The position numbers and the translations under genes are program-made. Shown in pieces: positions 53,475 to 64,000 of a stretch of 64,000 nt of DNA; position 1 is the stretch's first letter; each line of letters opens with the position of its first letter. Source of the DNA: Octopus sinensis (taxonomy: Eukaryota); the NCBI RefSeq assembly GCF_006345805.1, contig NC_043004.1, positions 84,444,001 through 84,508,000 of the forward strand. The letters run 5' to 3'. The notes beneath the pieces are model-generated. The model made no database searches. It was given only the letters and a program-made list of their open reading frames with translations, and was not told the DNA's origin.

Positions 53475-54039
53475 AAGTATTGTTCCCTTTTCATATTCCG
53501 ATATGTTTAAAAATATATTCAAATGAAAGCATAAGTTATGGCTGCGATATATTGGTTAGATTTGAGCAACATACGAATGAGTCACTGTTCTATTTTGCTA
53601 TTTTAAGATACACTAACGGTTCGTCGTTTGGGATAAAATATATTTTGTTCATATACTCATTATACTACCAGTTGACTATGTCAACAGAAATCAATGAATC
53701 TCTTCATCTGAAAATTAAAAAAAATACGATAGAGAAAATAAGAGCGAACAAAAATTAATAAACGAGAATATGAGTGTAAAATTAGTTAGAATATGCAATA
53801 AATATTTATATTCATTAAACTTTTGAAGGAATCAATTAAAATTTTACATTGATGAATCATTTGATAAATTAAAGGAAGTGGACGGATAAAATCATTTCCT
53901 TACCAAACAACATTAATACAAAAAAAAACTTAACTATTAACATATTTTACGCGCATCATCATCAACATAATAATAATAATAATAATAGTAATAATAATAA
54001 TAATAATAATGATAACAATAATAATAATAAAACTAAAAA

Positions 54040-54598
54040 AAAATAAATAATTAGTGCCCTGATGCAGTACCAGACAGTGGATCTCATGGCTTCTGATCTT
54101 AAATGATTGGAAGTGTTATGCATATTGTTTTGTCTTGGTATAAATGATGGGCTACAGCAAATATTCTGCTCAATACCACACATTTGCTTGTCAGTTGATT
54201 CACCTTAACCAGTTGAGCATGTCCCGTAATGGCTGACGATATGTGCATCTCTGATCGCAAGCAGAAGTTGTGGGGGAGCATCATAGCCATGTGTTGAAAG
54301 GAATTCTTTTAGAGGTTTTGATAATTCACCTTTGGAAACATAGGTGGTTCGTTCTACATTCTTAATCAATCCTTATTCAGGGACCTTTTGAGCGGGATGG
54401 GCTACTTGGCCAGAAGAAATTACTAACTGGGCTCCACCTGTAAGGTCATACGCTGTTTATCTTGATATGAGATCACAATGTCGCGTACATTTGATTGTGA
54501 TGCATGTGTCTTGTGTACCCTTACCTGATGTTTAGTCATGATGGGTATACTGGGCTTCGTATATTCTACCCCCCCCCATACACTGCTCTCTGACTAAC
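54040..54598. mobile_element. ~560-bp non-coding interspersed repeat inserted in (TAA)n
   Basis: (TAA)n on both sides (53966-54030, 54599-54642); a diverged second copy lies at 54796-55050; no ORF. Confidence 0.7.
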
Positions 54599-54644
<46 letters not shown>

Positions 54645-54795
54645 CCTTTCTACTGAAGACAGCAGGACTGTAATTTCGGGGAAATGACAATTCGATTACA
54701 TTAACCCCGATAATTCGATTGTATTTATTTTATCTAACCCGAAAGATGTTATTTTGCAAATTACTTTGTCCCTCATGCCATCGATTCTTCCGATG

Positions 54796-55342
54796 CATGG
54801 CTTCTGATATTAACTCATATGTTATAAAAGATGGTTTACAGATTACATTCTGCACAATGCCATATATTTCCTTGTCAGTTGTGTTGTTTGACCATAATCA
54901 GTTGAGAATGACGTTACGTGCATCACTGATCAGGGACAGAAGCATCATAGGTATGTGTTAAGAGAAATTCATTGGGGCTTGAATAATTCACCTTTAGGGA
55001 AAATAGGTGTTTCGTTCAACATCCTTAAGCAACACTTATTCAGAGAACTTTGAGATTTGGAAATGGAGGTAACTCGAATTTGAAGCCTAAAAACAGAAAC
55101 AATTACTATTACAGTAGGCGCATTAGGTATGATAAAAAACATTCAAACAAATACATAACAAAATCAGCCGGACTTCAAAGTATATGTAACATACAGAAAA
55201 TAGCACCCCTAGACACCACAAATATCCAACGTAAAAATTTTCAAAACAGTGAAAATAAGAGCCCCACGATTAACTACAGCACATACCCAAGGCACACAGA
55301 GCTGCGCTCGGTAATGCAGTGAAATCACGTGATAAAATAAGG
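54796..55342 (+). mobile_element. Diverged copy of the 54040 repeat joined to an RLE non-LTR 3' end
   Basis: 54796-55050 aligns to 54086-54392; then SLKTETITITVGALGMIKKHSNKYITKSAGLQSICNIQKIAPLDT and a 3' UTR. Confidence 0.75.
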
Positions 55343-55344
55343 TC

Positions 55345-56060
55345 ACTGAATAGTGCGGTGCTTACTTTGAAGCGGGGGAAAAGAGTAAATTGCAGGGGTG
55401 TAGAATTGCAAAACGGGGAGAGAACAGCAAAGAAGACCTGGTGCGTTATGCTGCTAGTGCAGAAGGAGTTAACAAAAATGGACTTGTGATTGCTTATAAA
55501 TTTCGAACAAGAACAGCCAACGAGAGAGATGAAACCCTACTCCATGTCGAATTATATGGTGAGTTCCACCGTGAAACAAACAAATTAAAATGCCAGGAGG
55601 TATCATGGTGGTGGCTCAAGAAGGAATACTAAAAGCCTCATCATCGCGGCCGAGGACTGGCCATTGAATGCCAACTCAGTGAAAAAGAATATGTAACACA
55701 CAAGTGAATTGAACCACTTCAGAATGTGTAGGAAGAGGATCTAAAATGTGACTCACATTATAAGTGCTTGTGAATGTCTTGAGCAGAAAGAGTACAATCG
55801 TAGACACGACAAAGTAGCCAAAACCTCCACTGGCTACTACATCGTAAGTATGGATATGAGGTTACGCGTGCTTGGTACCAACATACAGCGGGAAACGTAA
55901 TGGACGAAGAGGGAGAAGCAAAAATCCTTTCGGAATTTGATTTCCAGAGTGAAAAAGTGTTAGAGTATTGAAGGCTAGATATTGTAACATTTAGGAGGGA
56001 CAAACAATAATGCCTAATATTCGACGTAGCAGTGACAGGAGATCAATAAATCATCATGAA
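55345..56060 (+). mobile_element. R4/Dong-type fragment (post-RT, CCHC knuckle, RLE), decayed
   Basis: LYGEFHRE..SWWWLK; FRMCRKRI*NVTHIISACECLEQKEYNRRHDKVAK; KILSEFDF..LDIV..CLIFDVAVTGD. Confidence 0.82.
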
Positions 56061-56159
56061 AGGGTCTCTTCTTTCACAGTATAATCTTTGATAATTGGTT
56101 GTTAATTATCGTGGAAGACATTCAGCACAAAAGTACCAGTTTCAAAACCCTAGCTAAGC

Positions 56160-56470
56160 CCAGCAGTCCAAATATTTGGAATCGCCCTGCTCTCATATCA
56201 ATTAATATTTCTCTGACATTTCTCGAACTTGGTTATTGTTAACCACAAAAATGTCTGGCCTCTGAGCGTCAATTACGGAGCTACGTTGTAATGCAAAATT
56301 CCACACTATCTTATGTTCCTTGTCCTCGGTGACTCCTGTTTCTTGCTCGTAATATTTACCTGATCTATTTAGGCCGTAGTTTTCACATAGTATCCAGTGA
56401 AAAAACTTAAGTACGTTTTCATGCCTCCTTTCGTAGTGCTTTTGGGCCAGCTTAGTACACTCACTCACAA
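56160..56470 (-). mobile_element. R4/Dong-type fragment (knuckle to RLE PD motif)
   Basis: SECTKLAQKHYERRHENVLKFFHWILC..KIVWNF..IDAQRPDIFVV. Confidence 0.85.
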
Positions 56471-56875
56471 TATTTTTTTATTGTTTCGTTTTTGCTGCCA
56501 CACAGCATACAGAGGGGCGATTATTGTTATCGTTTTCACTATTATAATTGTTGTTGTTGTTATTGTTTTCAGTAGTAGTAGTAGGAGGAGGAGGAGGAGG
56601 GGGCGAGGGGAAGGTTGAGTTTGTATTATTCGAGCGTTCAAAAATATTTTAAAAAATTAATTTTTAGCAAAAGCCATAGGCCAAAATATAATGTAATTGG
56701 TTGATTAATTATTAATCTAATAGCTATTAATTATTGTTGACACTACGCCAGACTTACTGAATAATTAAAATTATTTATTAGACCACCAAATACCCATTTG
56801 TTTTTTTTTTGCTTTTGTTTACTATTAATACTAATAGTAATAGAAACAATTTTCTTTTTCATTATTGTTTTTGCA

Positions 56876-57276
56876 CTATGAAGGCTACGAGCTGACAGAA
56901 ACGTTAGCACGCCGGGCGCAATGCATAGCGGTATTTCGTCTGCCGGTTCGTTCTGAGTTCAAATTCCGCCGAAGTCGACTTTGCCTTTCATACTTTCGGG
57001 GTCGATTAAATAAGTACCAGTTACGCACTGGGGTCGATGTAATCGACTTAATCCGTTTGTCTGTCCTTGTTTGTACTCTCTGTGTTTAGCCCCTTGTGTG
57101 TAGTAAAGAAATAGATATTTCGTCTGTCTCTACGTTCTGAGTTCAAATTCCGCCGTGGTCGACTTTCCCTTTCATAAATACGGGGTCGATAAATAAGTAC
57201 CAGTTCCGTATGGGGGTCGATCAAATCGACTGGTCCCACCCACAAATATTTCGAGCATTGTGCCCAGAGTAGAAAA
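56876..57276 (+). mobile_element. SINE family A dimer with 16-bp TSD
   Basis: Direct repeat CATTATTGTTTTTGCA at 56860-56875 and 57277-57292 brackets the monomer plus headless second monomer. Confidence 0.93.
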
Positions 57277-58750
57277 CATTATTGTTTTTGCATGTCCATG
57301 ATTCTCATATGACTTTTAGTTAGTCCTAGTTTAACATGTTCTATTTCCAAGATTTTCCTTCCTAAGATCCGAAAATTGTCTTGCCGTTCAAGGAAATGCG
57401 CTGAAGAATTTTAGTCGGAAAATATGGGCACATGTATATATTATTTTGGTAAAGACTGGTACCAATTTTATCGGTCATCGGTCAAGTGTACGCTCTATTA
57501 CCAGAAAATGAACCAATTTATACACCCATTGTGAACGTTCTCTCGTTTGTTAATCTTATTTAATATTCTTTTGTTTAAATAATTTGAATTGACTATATAC
57601 TATATATATATATATATTAGATTAGCTGTTAATATGGATGATAGGTTTTCATGCATGTATTCGATCGTCTCATACAGAAACACAATAAATTAATTTTAAT
57701 AATCTGATTCGTCAAAAAGTACTCGTCATTAGCCAAAAAATAACATAAAATCTAAAAAGACGTTATAATTGCTGAAGTATGTTGTTAGTGCCCATTTTTG
57801 TAATGTGCTATTGCTCCAGTCATGTCTATTCAAACTACACCAAAATATTACACTTGGGTGCTGGTATATATATAATATTAATAAGTGTTACATTCTCTCT
57901 ATAGATTTCTACAAAGGAGCTAATTTTAAAATTCTATATATGTAGTAAACAACTGGTGAGGCTGTATTTTAAGGAAAAGACAAACCAAATAAAGACGTAA
58001 AGAATTTTGAAATACTGGAGACACTTCAACCATCAATAATGAATACGGTTTTGTAATTAATTAGAAAACAGTGTTTAGTAGTAATCATAAATAATTTCTG
58101 GTTTATAATATTTATAATTGAAATGTTTTTCGTAAATAATATGTCTAATTTTTATAGAAACGCATAAGTGTAATATGGAATTTAGTTAAACTGGTAGAAG
58201 GATATATGAAGAGGTAGATACTAAAAGACAGTTAATAAAATAAAAAATAATAATAATTAAAAGTGAGAAATTAAAATAATGAAGATGAGGGGAAATACAA
58301 TTATATTATCTGCTTCAATTACATCATCTATAATCCATAGATGATTATACCATATATAATCATCTATGGAGCGGTATAGAAAAATTATATTTAATAATAA
58401 CGAAAATAGTTTTGTATAATTGTGGAAAAAAGCTAAAAAATATTTAGAGTTATGTGTAGTTTCGGGGAGATAACAAATAACGGGAAAAAATTGTGCTTTT
58501 ATTTCTTATATTTATAAAAATATTATAATGTAAAAGGTAAATAGATTGACATCGTATGTATATGGCTATCTACACGTACAGAATTATGTCATACATAATT
58601 TTATACGTAAAAAATTATTCGTGTACATACAGGTACAACCATATATGCATATACAAACTACTTTTGCCCATAGAAGAAAAATTCAGTGATAAATACTAAC
58701 CTAATCCACACATACACATACACATAAACACACATACATACATATATACT

Positions 58751-58803
<53 letters not shown>

Positions 58804-59172
58804 GTATATATATATGTGTGTGTGTGTGTGCGTGTGTGAAAAATCAACGAAAAGGCACATTGTAAATAAAAAAAAGCCTTTTTATGAAAGGTAACGGCGA
58901 ATATATACATTTAGATTGACTGAGGTAGTAATAAAAATCATAAACGTCATTATTGTGAGATGATTATAAGATGATTATAAAGTCAGAAAACAAAGCGCAT
59001 CATGGTTTCCGCAAAGTGAAATACATCGCTTTGAAAACACCGGCTAATACACGGTGTCAGGTCTAATAGTTCCTGAGAAAAAAGATTATTTGTAAGGGAG
59101 GTAAGTAGTTCTGGATTTAGAGATGTGAATGGTGTAGGGAGTGTATAGTGGTTAGTGGTTTAAATGGAAGGG

Positions 59173-60930
59173 TTAGGAGTATTCGGTATTGAGTTGTGTG
59201 TTCATATTTAGTTGGGGGAGATATTTATTGATGAAAAATGCCTCTTTATTCAACCTTTGTTGCATTGTGGTGTTCTGTGAACATTGAAAGAAGGGAAAGA
59301 TTTGGAAATTGGGATTAAGATTCCTGGGCTCACTCACTTTTAACTTTCTGTATTGTGGGTGGCGGATTTGCTCTTTGTGAATGGTGGTTCCTTGACGGAG
59401 GTAAATTCCTGTTTGTCCTATATAAAGTTTACCACATCCTACGCATATCATGACATAGATAACATTTATTGGGGCGCAGGTGAAATTCGATTTGATCTTA
59501 TATATTTCTCCTTGTTTGAAGTGAAATTCTGAACTCTCCAGAAGGTGGGGGCATGTTCCACAGTTAGTACGTCCACATTTTTTCATTTTTGGCTCTGTTG
59601 TTAGTGGATACAGTTTTGCGTTGGTTACTATTTTTTTCAGTGATTTCGGTTTCGTTTTGCCTTTTATAATTTTGTATGAGCTTAAATTTCGTTCAATGTT
59701 TTGTCTGCTGTGAGGATGGGAAGATTTTGGGTGATGATGTTGAAGGCTTCGTTGTTTCTAGGGTTATGTGTGGAAATGTATGGGAGTATTTTCAAGTCTG
59801 GTTTAGTATTTCGGCTAGTTTTCCTTAACATTTGTATATCTATTTCCTTAGCTATTTTAATGCCTTCATTTATTAATGAGATTGGGTAATGTATTTTAGT
59901 TAGTATAGATCTAAGATCAAGGAGTCTTTGTTCTCGAGTATATGTATCCGAAACTGTGGTGCAGATTCATTTCGCTAGGTTAAAGGGCATCTTGATTTTT
60001 ATGTGTTTGGGGTGGCAGGAGTTAAGTAATAGGTATTGTTTAGAATCTGTGGGTTTATAAAAGATGTCTGTTTCTATGTGGATGTTAACTTTTTTAATCA
60101 AGATGTCTAGAAAAGGGAGTTGTATACTGTTGTGTTCCATAGTAAATTGTATATTGCTGTGTATGTTGTTGAGCGTTATTTTGAAATCAAGGAGTTTATC
60201 CATGCTGTGTTTCAAAAGTATGAAGAAATCATCCAAATATCTCTTCCAGTTCTCCTTTAAGTAGCAATTAAAAGAGGCGCCTTATTTTTGTATTGATGAT
60301 TGGTATAACTTGAGTTCGAGCTAACCCATTACAAGGTTTGCAATCACTGGAGCAGCTCTGGTTCCAATTGAAATTCCACATTTTCGTCGATAGTAAGTTG
60401 TATCGAACATGAAATGATTGTTCAGCAGGATGAATTTGAGTGCTTCAATTATAAAACTGTGGTTAATGCGTCCTGGGATCTCTTCTGGGTATTTTTATAG
60501 CCAGAATGTGATTGCTTCTATACCATAGTCGTGTGGGATATTGGTGTATAAATTCACCACATCGAAAGATACCAGCAGGGTTCCTTCCTTTACTGTGTTC
60601 AGGAGGTGGTTCAGCATGTCTAGGTCATCCCTGATAGAGCTTTTCACATATTTTAAAAGAGGTTTGAGTAATATGTCGAGGAAGTTGCTCAAACGGTGGG
60701 TTTCAGAAGAAGAGCCAGCTATGATAGGTCTCAGTTTGAGGTCAGTAGGGGGAGGAACATTAATGCTTAGGCTTGTAGAGACTTTGCAGTCTTCACAAAT
60801 GGGTGGATTTTTATGTATTTTGAGTAATCCGTAGAATAGACTAGGAATGTATTTAAAATTGGATAAATAGTCTATTTCATGTTTAGTGAGACCCTTTCCA
60901 TGAATTTGGTGTAAGGAGGATAAGTATTTT
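59173..60930 (-). mobile_element. Penelope-like element, RT through GIY-YIG, 5'-truncated and pseudogenised
   Basis: RPIIAGSSSETHRLSNFLDILLKP; LVSFDVVNLYTNIPH; GISIGTRAAPVIANL; RYLDDFF; LPFLDILI..TDIFYKPTDS; KCGRTNCGTCPHL..NFTCAPINVIYVMICVGCGKLYIGQTG. Several stops and frameshifts. Confidence 0.93.
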
Positions 60931-60989
60931 AGTATTTCTGTGGGTTGTAATGTGTTAATTTTTCATATGTATGCATGTATGCATGCATG

Positions 60990-61023
<34 letters not shown>

Positions 61024-61080
61024 TGTATGTATGTATGTATGTATGTATGTATGTATGTATGTATGTATGTATGTATGTAT

Positions 61081-61260
61081 GTATGGTTGTCTTCTGTTGT
61101 TTTCTGACTAAAAATCCACTCCTGGGGTTTTGGTCGGGCACAGGCTTTGGTCAACCAAATGCTTTAATACAAAGCACTGTCTCGAGGTGTCACGCAATGG
61201 GATTGAAACCGCCACCACGTTGTTTTGAAGCAAACTGCTTAGCACCCAGCTGCGCCTAAT
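61081..61260 (-). mobile_element. Old SINE family B-like copy
   Basis: 'aaatccactc..ttttggtcgg..ggtgtcacgcaatgggattgaaacc..gaagcaaactgctta'. Confidence 0.65.
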
Positions 61261-61269
61261 ACGGCAGTT

Positions 61270-61960
61270 TTACTCTCATTTTCCGCCAAGCACATTCATT
61301 GACAATGGATTTATTCGAATTTTCATAATTATTCCAGAATTATTCCACTTCTTCTGCCGTTGGCGCTGAATTGATGTTTATTTTATTTTTGCCAAGTTCT
61401 TGGTAGAACTTTTTAGGGTTGGAGTTAAACTGTTTGTTTTGTTCAAAGAAACGTTGGCATTTCTCGTACCGGCGGATCCTTTTTGCTTTGGCAAGGATAT
61501 ATTGCTTTAGCTTTTCTTTTATCTCAGGTAAATCTTTTTCTGCGATGTTGTATTTGCGCAGTATTTCTGTTTTCTTTTTGTTGCTTAGTGGCGTTGATTG
61601 TCTAATGATTTCGTTAAGAATCGACTTATCTTTTCTCATTTTTGGGTGTTTTTTTTATGTTATTTATCCACAGGGTTTGTTTGGGTAGTGGTATTCCTGT
61701 TTGGAAGGATTGGAGGGAGTATTCAGCTTCGTTTGTGGCTGAAGTGGCTGCTGCATATACAAAGTCATTTAGCTCAGTGATATTGCTATTTGTTTCAGTG
61801 GCTATTAGTTTCTTCAACATAGAAGAAACTTGCCTAGGGTGCAACACGACATGAATGAATCCGAACTCATGAGCATGAAAGAGGAGCTTTTCTCTCATAG
61901 AGCTTTGCATTTGCTCACTGCACATAGGTTGCCCAACTGCTCAACCATTTCAGCACCAAC
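61270..61960 (-). mobile_element. R4/Dong-type pre-RT region fragment
   Basis: EKLKQYILAKAKRIRRYEKCQRFFEQNKQFNSNPKKFYQELG..PTAEEVE, a typical region upstream of R4-clade RT; upstream LNDFVYAAAT. Confidence 0.75.
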
Positions 61961-62528
61961 ATAGGTCAACGTTATATAAGCTCAGTGATGACAACTTGCC
62001 CGTTTACGCGACGAAGTTGTCTTTGAAAATATTTTTTTTTCTTCGTGGAAAGCAATTAATATTCCTGAATACTGATAAAAATTTAATTTCATTTAAAAGT
62101 TCCTACGACCTTTCGTCCGAACAGAGGTTGCCTTTGTTTCAGATCCACTACGTAGAACATCGTGGAAGTGTTATCTACAACAGCAATGGGTCTAACACAG
62201 CGTTATGGATGAATTTATACACAGAAAGCGAAAAGTACCTGTCACATACACACGCACACGAATACACACGTACACACACACACACAGGCACTCACTCATA
62301 CACACACGCAAGCATACACTCATATATCTAAAAACATATGTGTGTGCGTGCGTGTATAGATGTATTAATATGTGGATATATATGCATATATAGAGATGTA
62401 CTCGCATAGCAAATAATTTGATCTGAGTTCGTGTGCTGAAACGAAAACAATTGCAGCGTGGAAGGTGTTTATAAGCCATTTAAGAAACACACAAAAGCCG
62501 TTCGATTCACTTCAACATTTAAGTTTAA

Positions 62529-62578
62529 TTTGTCAAAATATTTTCGTCGCTAAAATCCGCGACCTGTTCACTGACAAA
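62529..62578 (-). ncRNA. Mirror copy of the G3-C8 hammerhead candidate (left arm)
   Basis: Exact reverse complement of 62617-62666. Confidence 0.55.
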
Positions 62579-62616
62579 GTCCGTGCTGCATCTCAGCACG
62601 GAGATGCAGCACGGAC

Positions 62617-62666
62617 TTTGTCAGTGAACAGGTCGCGGATTTTAGCGACGAAAATATTTTGACAAA
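62617..62666 (+). ncRNA. Candidate minimal hammerhead, G3-C8 core variant (right arm of palindrome)
   Basis: TTTGTCA-GTGAACA-G-GTCGC(GGATTTTA)GCGAC-GAAA-ATATTT-TGACAAA. Stem I 7 bp perfect, stem II 5 bp, palindromic helix III AATATT, triplet UUU. Confidence 0.55.
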
Positions 62667-63414
62667 TTAAACTTAAATGTTGGAGTGAATCGGCTTTTGT
62701 GTGTTTCTTAAATGGCTTATAAACACCTTCCACGCTGCAATTGTTTTGTATGCATATATAGATGTATTAATATGTATATATGCGTGTGTGTGTAGGTGTG
62801 TACGTATATATAGGTGTGCATGTATGTATGTACGTATCTACGTACTTCTATGACCTTTGAGTTAGTTATGCCACTGTGACTAAGCGGCTGGCTAATAGAA
62901 AGAAACGACAGATTTAGTTCCAGCAAACAAGTACACTGATCTGATCGATTTGTCAGATCATATTTAAAATTGTGCCCAATGAAGACGACAAGGAAAAGAA
63001 AATACTTTGTCACAGTAGCTTACTAGATATTGTAACATAACTGGGAAGTTATATATAAAAAAACATTATCAATTTTTTGCTTTATATTTTCCTATGAAAA
63101 TAACATTCTTTAATTTATTACTTAGTATAATGGGAATATTAAAAAAAAGTGACCACCTTAGACAAACATTGTCTATTTGTCATTATATCAGCTGTTCATA
63201 TCAGTGTTGATTAAAAAATGGCTTTACATATGACACAAAATGAAGTACATCAGTTATAGTTATTTCCAAAATTCTAGTTTTCCTTCCTGCTTCGACTGCA
63301 AAACATAATTGATTTCGGGAGTAACCTGGAAATATCTGGAGTTGTTGGTGCTGTTCCGAGCAGACACGTTTTAAGATTCGTTCCTAAAAGCTAAAGTTAA
63401 ATACTCTTTCACTG

Positions 63415-63640
63415 TTTTACTTTTTTACTCTTTTACTTGTTTCAGTCATTTGACTGTGGCCATGCTGGAGCACCACCTTTACTCGAGCAAAGCGACACCA
63501 GGGCTTATTCTTTGTAAGCCTAGTATTTATTCTATCAGTCTCTTGCTGAACCGCTAAGTTACGGGGAACTAAACACACCAGGGACGGTTGTCAAGCGATG
63601 CTGGGGGGACAAACAAAGACGCACAAACATATGCACACAC

Positions 63641-63703
<63 letters not shown>

Positions 63704-63872
63704 TATATACGACGTACTTCTGTCAGTTTCCGTCTACCAAATCCACTCACAAGGATTTAGTAGGCCCGAGGCGAATGTAGACACTTCCCCAAGATGCCAC
63801 GCAGTGAGACTGAACCTGCGACCATGCAGTTCGTAAGCAAGCTACTTACCACACAACCATTCCTACGCCTAT
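63415..63872 (-). mobile_element. SINE family B, full length
   Basis: Tail 'cttttacttgtttcagtcatttgactgtggccatgctggagcacc', internal TA repeat, head 'gcaagctacttaccacacaaccattcctacgcctat'. Confidence 0.9.
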
Positions 63873-64000
63873 GTTTATAAAATTAAATTTTATATGATCA
63901 TTAAGGATATAAATATATGTACTACAGGCGCTTCTATTTAACTGCCTGTGGTAGGTACCTAAGTATTCATCGAAATATTACTCGCATTTTTTGAATTTTT

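Larger units (their letters stand above)
62444..62747. repeat. ~300-bp near-perfect palindrome (151/147-bp arms, 6-nt loop)
   Basis: 62444-62594 vs 62601-62747: one substitution and one 4-bp indel; loop AGCACG. Confidence 0.97.

Noticed and set aside
59031-59056. TTGAAAA-CACCG(9 nt)CGGTG next to the 59-kb PLE
   Set aside because: Opposite strand to the PLE and no GAAA/NUH; no HHR was found for this copy.

Overview
This is AT-rich eukaryotic non-coding DNA (intronic or intergenic), dense in microsatellites and transposon remnants. The SINE families and repeat load look like a coleoid cephalopod, probably Octopus; that is inferred from recognising the repeats, not from a database search. I found no host protein-coding exon, rRNA, true tRNA gene or CRISPR array that I can support, and most ORFs in the track are translations of (TA)n/(CA)n/(TAA)n repeats. 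Recognisable content: four Penelope-like element (PLE) RT/GIY-YIG remnants from two lineages; several R4/Dong-type non-LTR fragments tied to (TAA)n; one decayed L1/Tx1-like RT; a Helitron fragment; and about 20 copies of three or four tRNA-derived SINE families, two with 16-bp target-site duplications. The main result of the hunt is a set of minimal type I hammerhead ribozyme (HHR) motifs in PLE 3' regions and short PLE-like repeats. They have a canonical core (37.6 kb), a U3-A8 core (1.7 kb), a G3-C8 core present twice in a ~300-bp near-perfect palindrome (62.4-62.7 kb), a U4C core (35.5 kb) and decayed or truncated copies (11.5, 15.9, 52.75 kb). Positions 3 and 8 covary across families. All were parsed by eye and none has been tested for activity.
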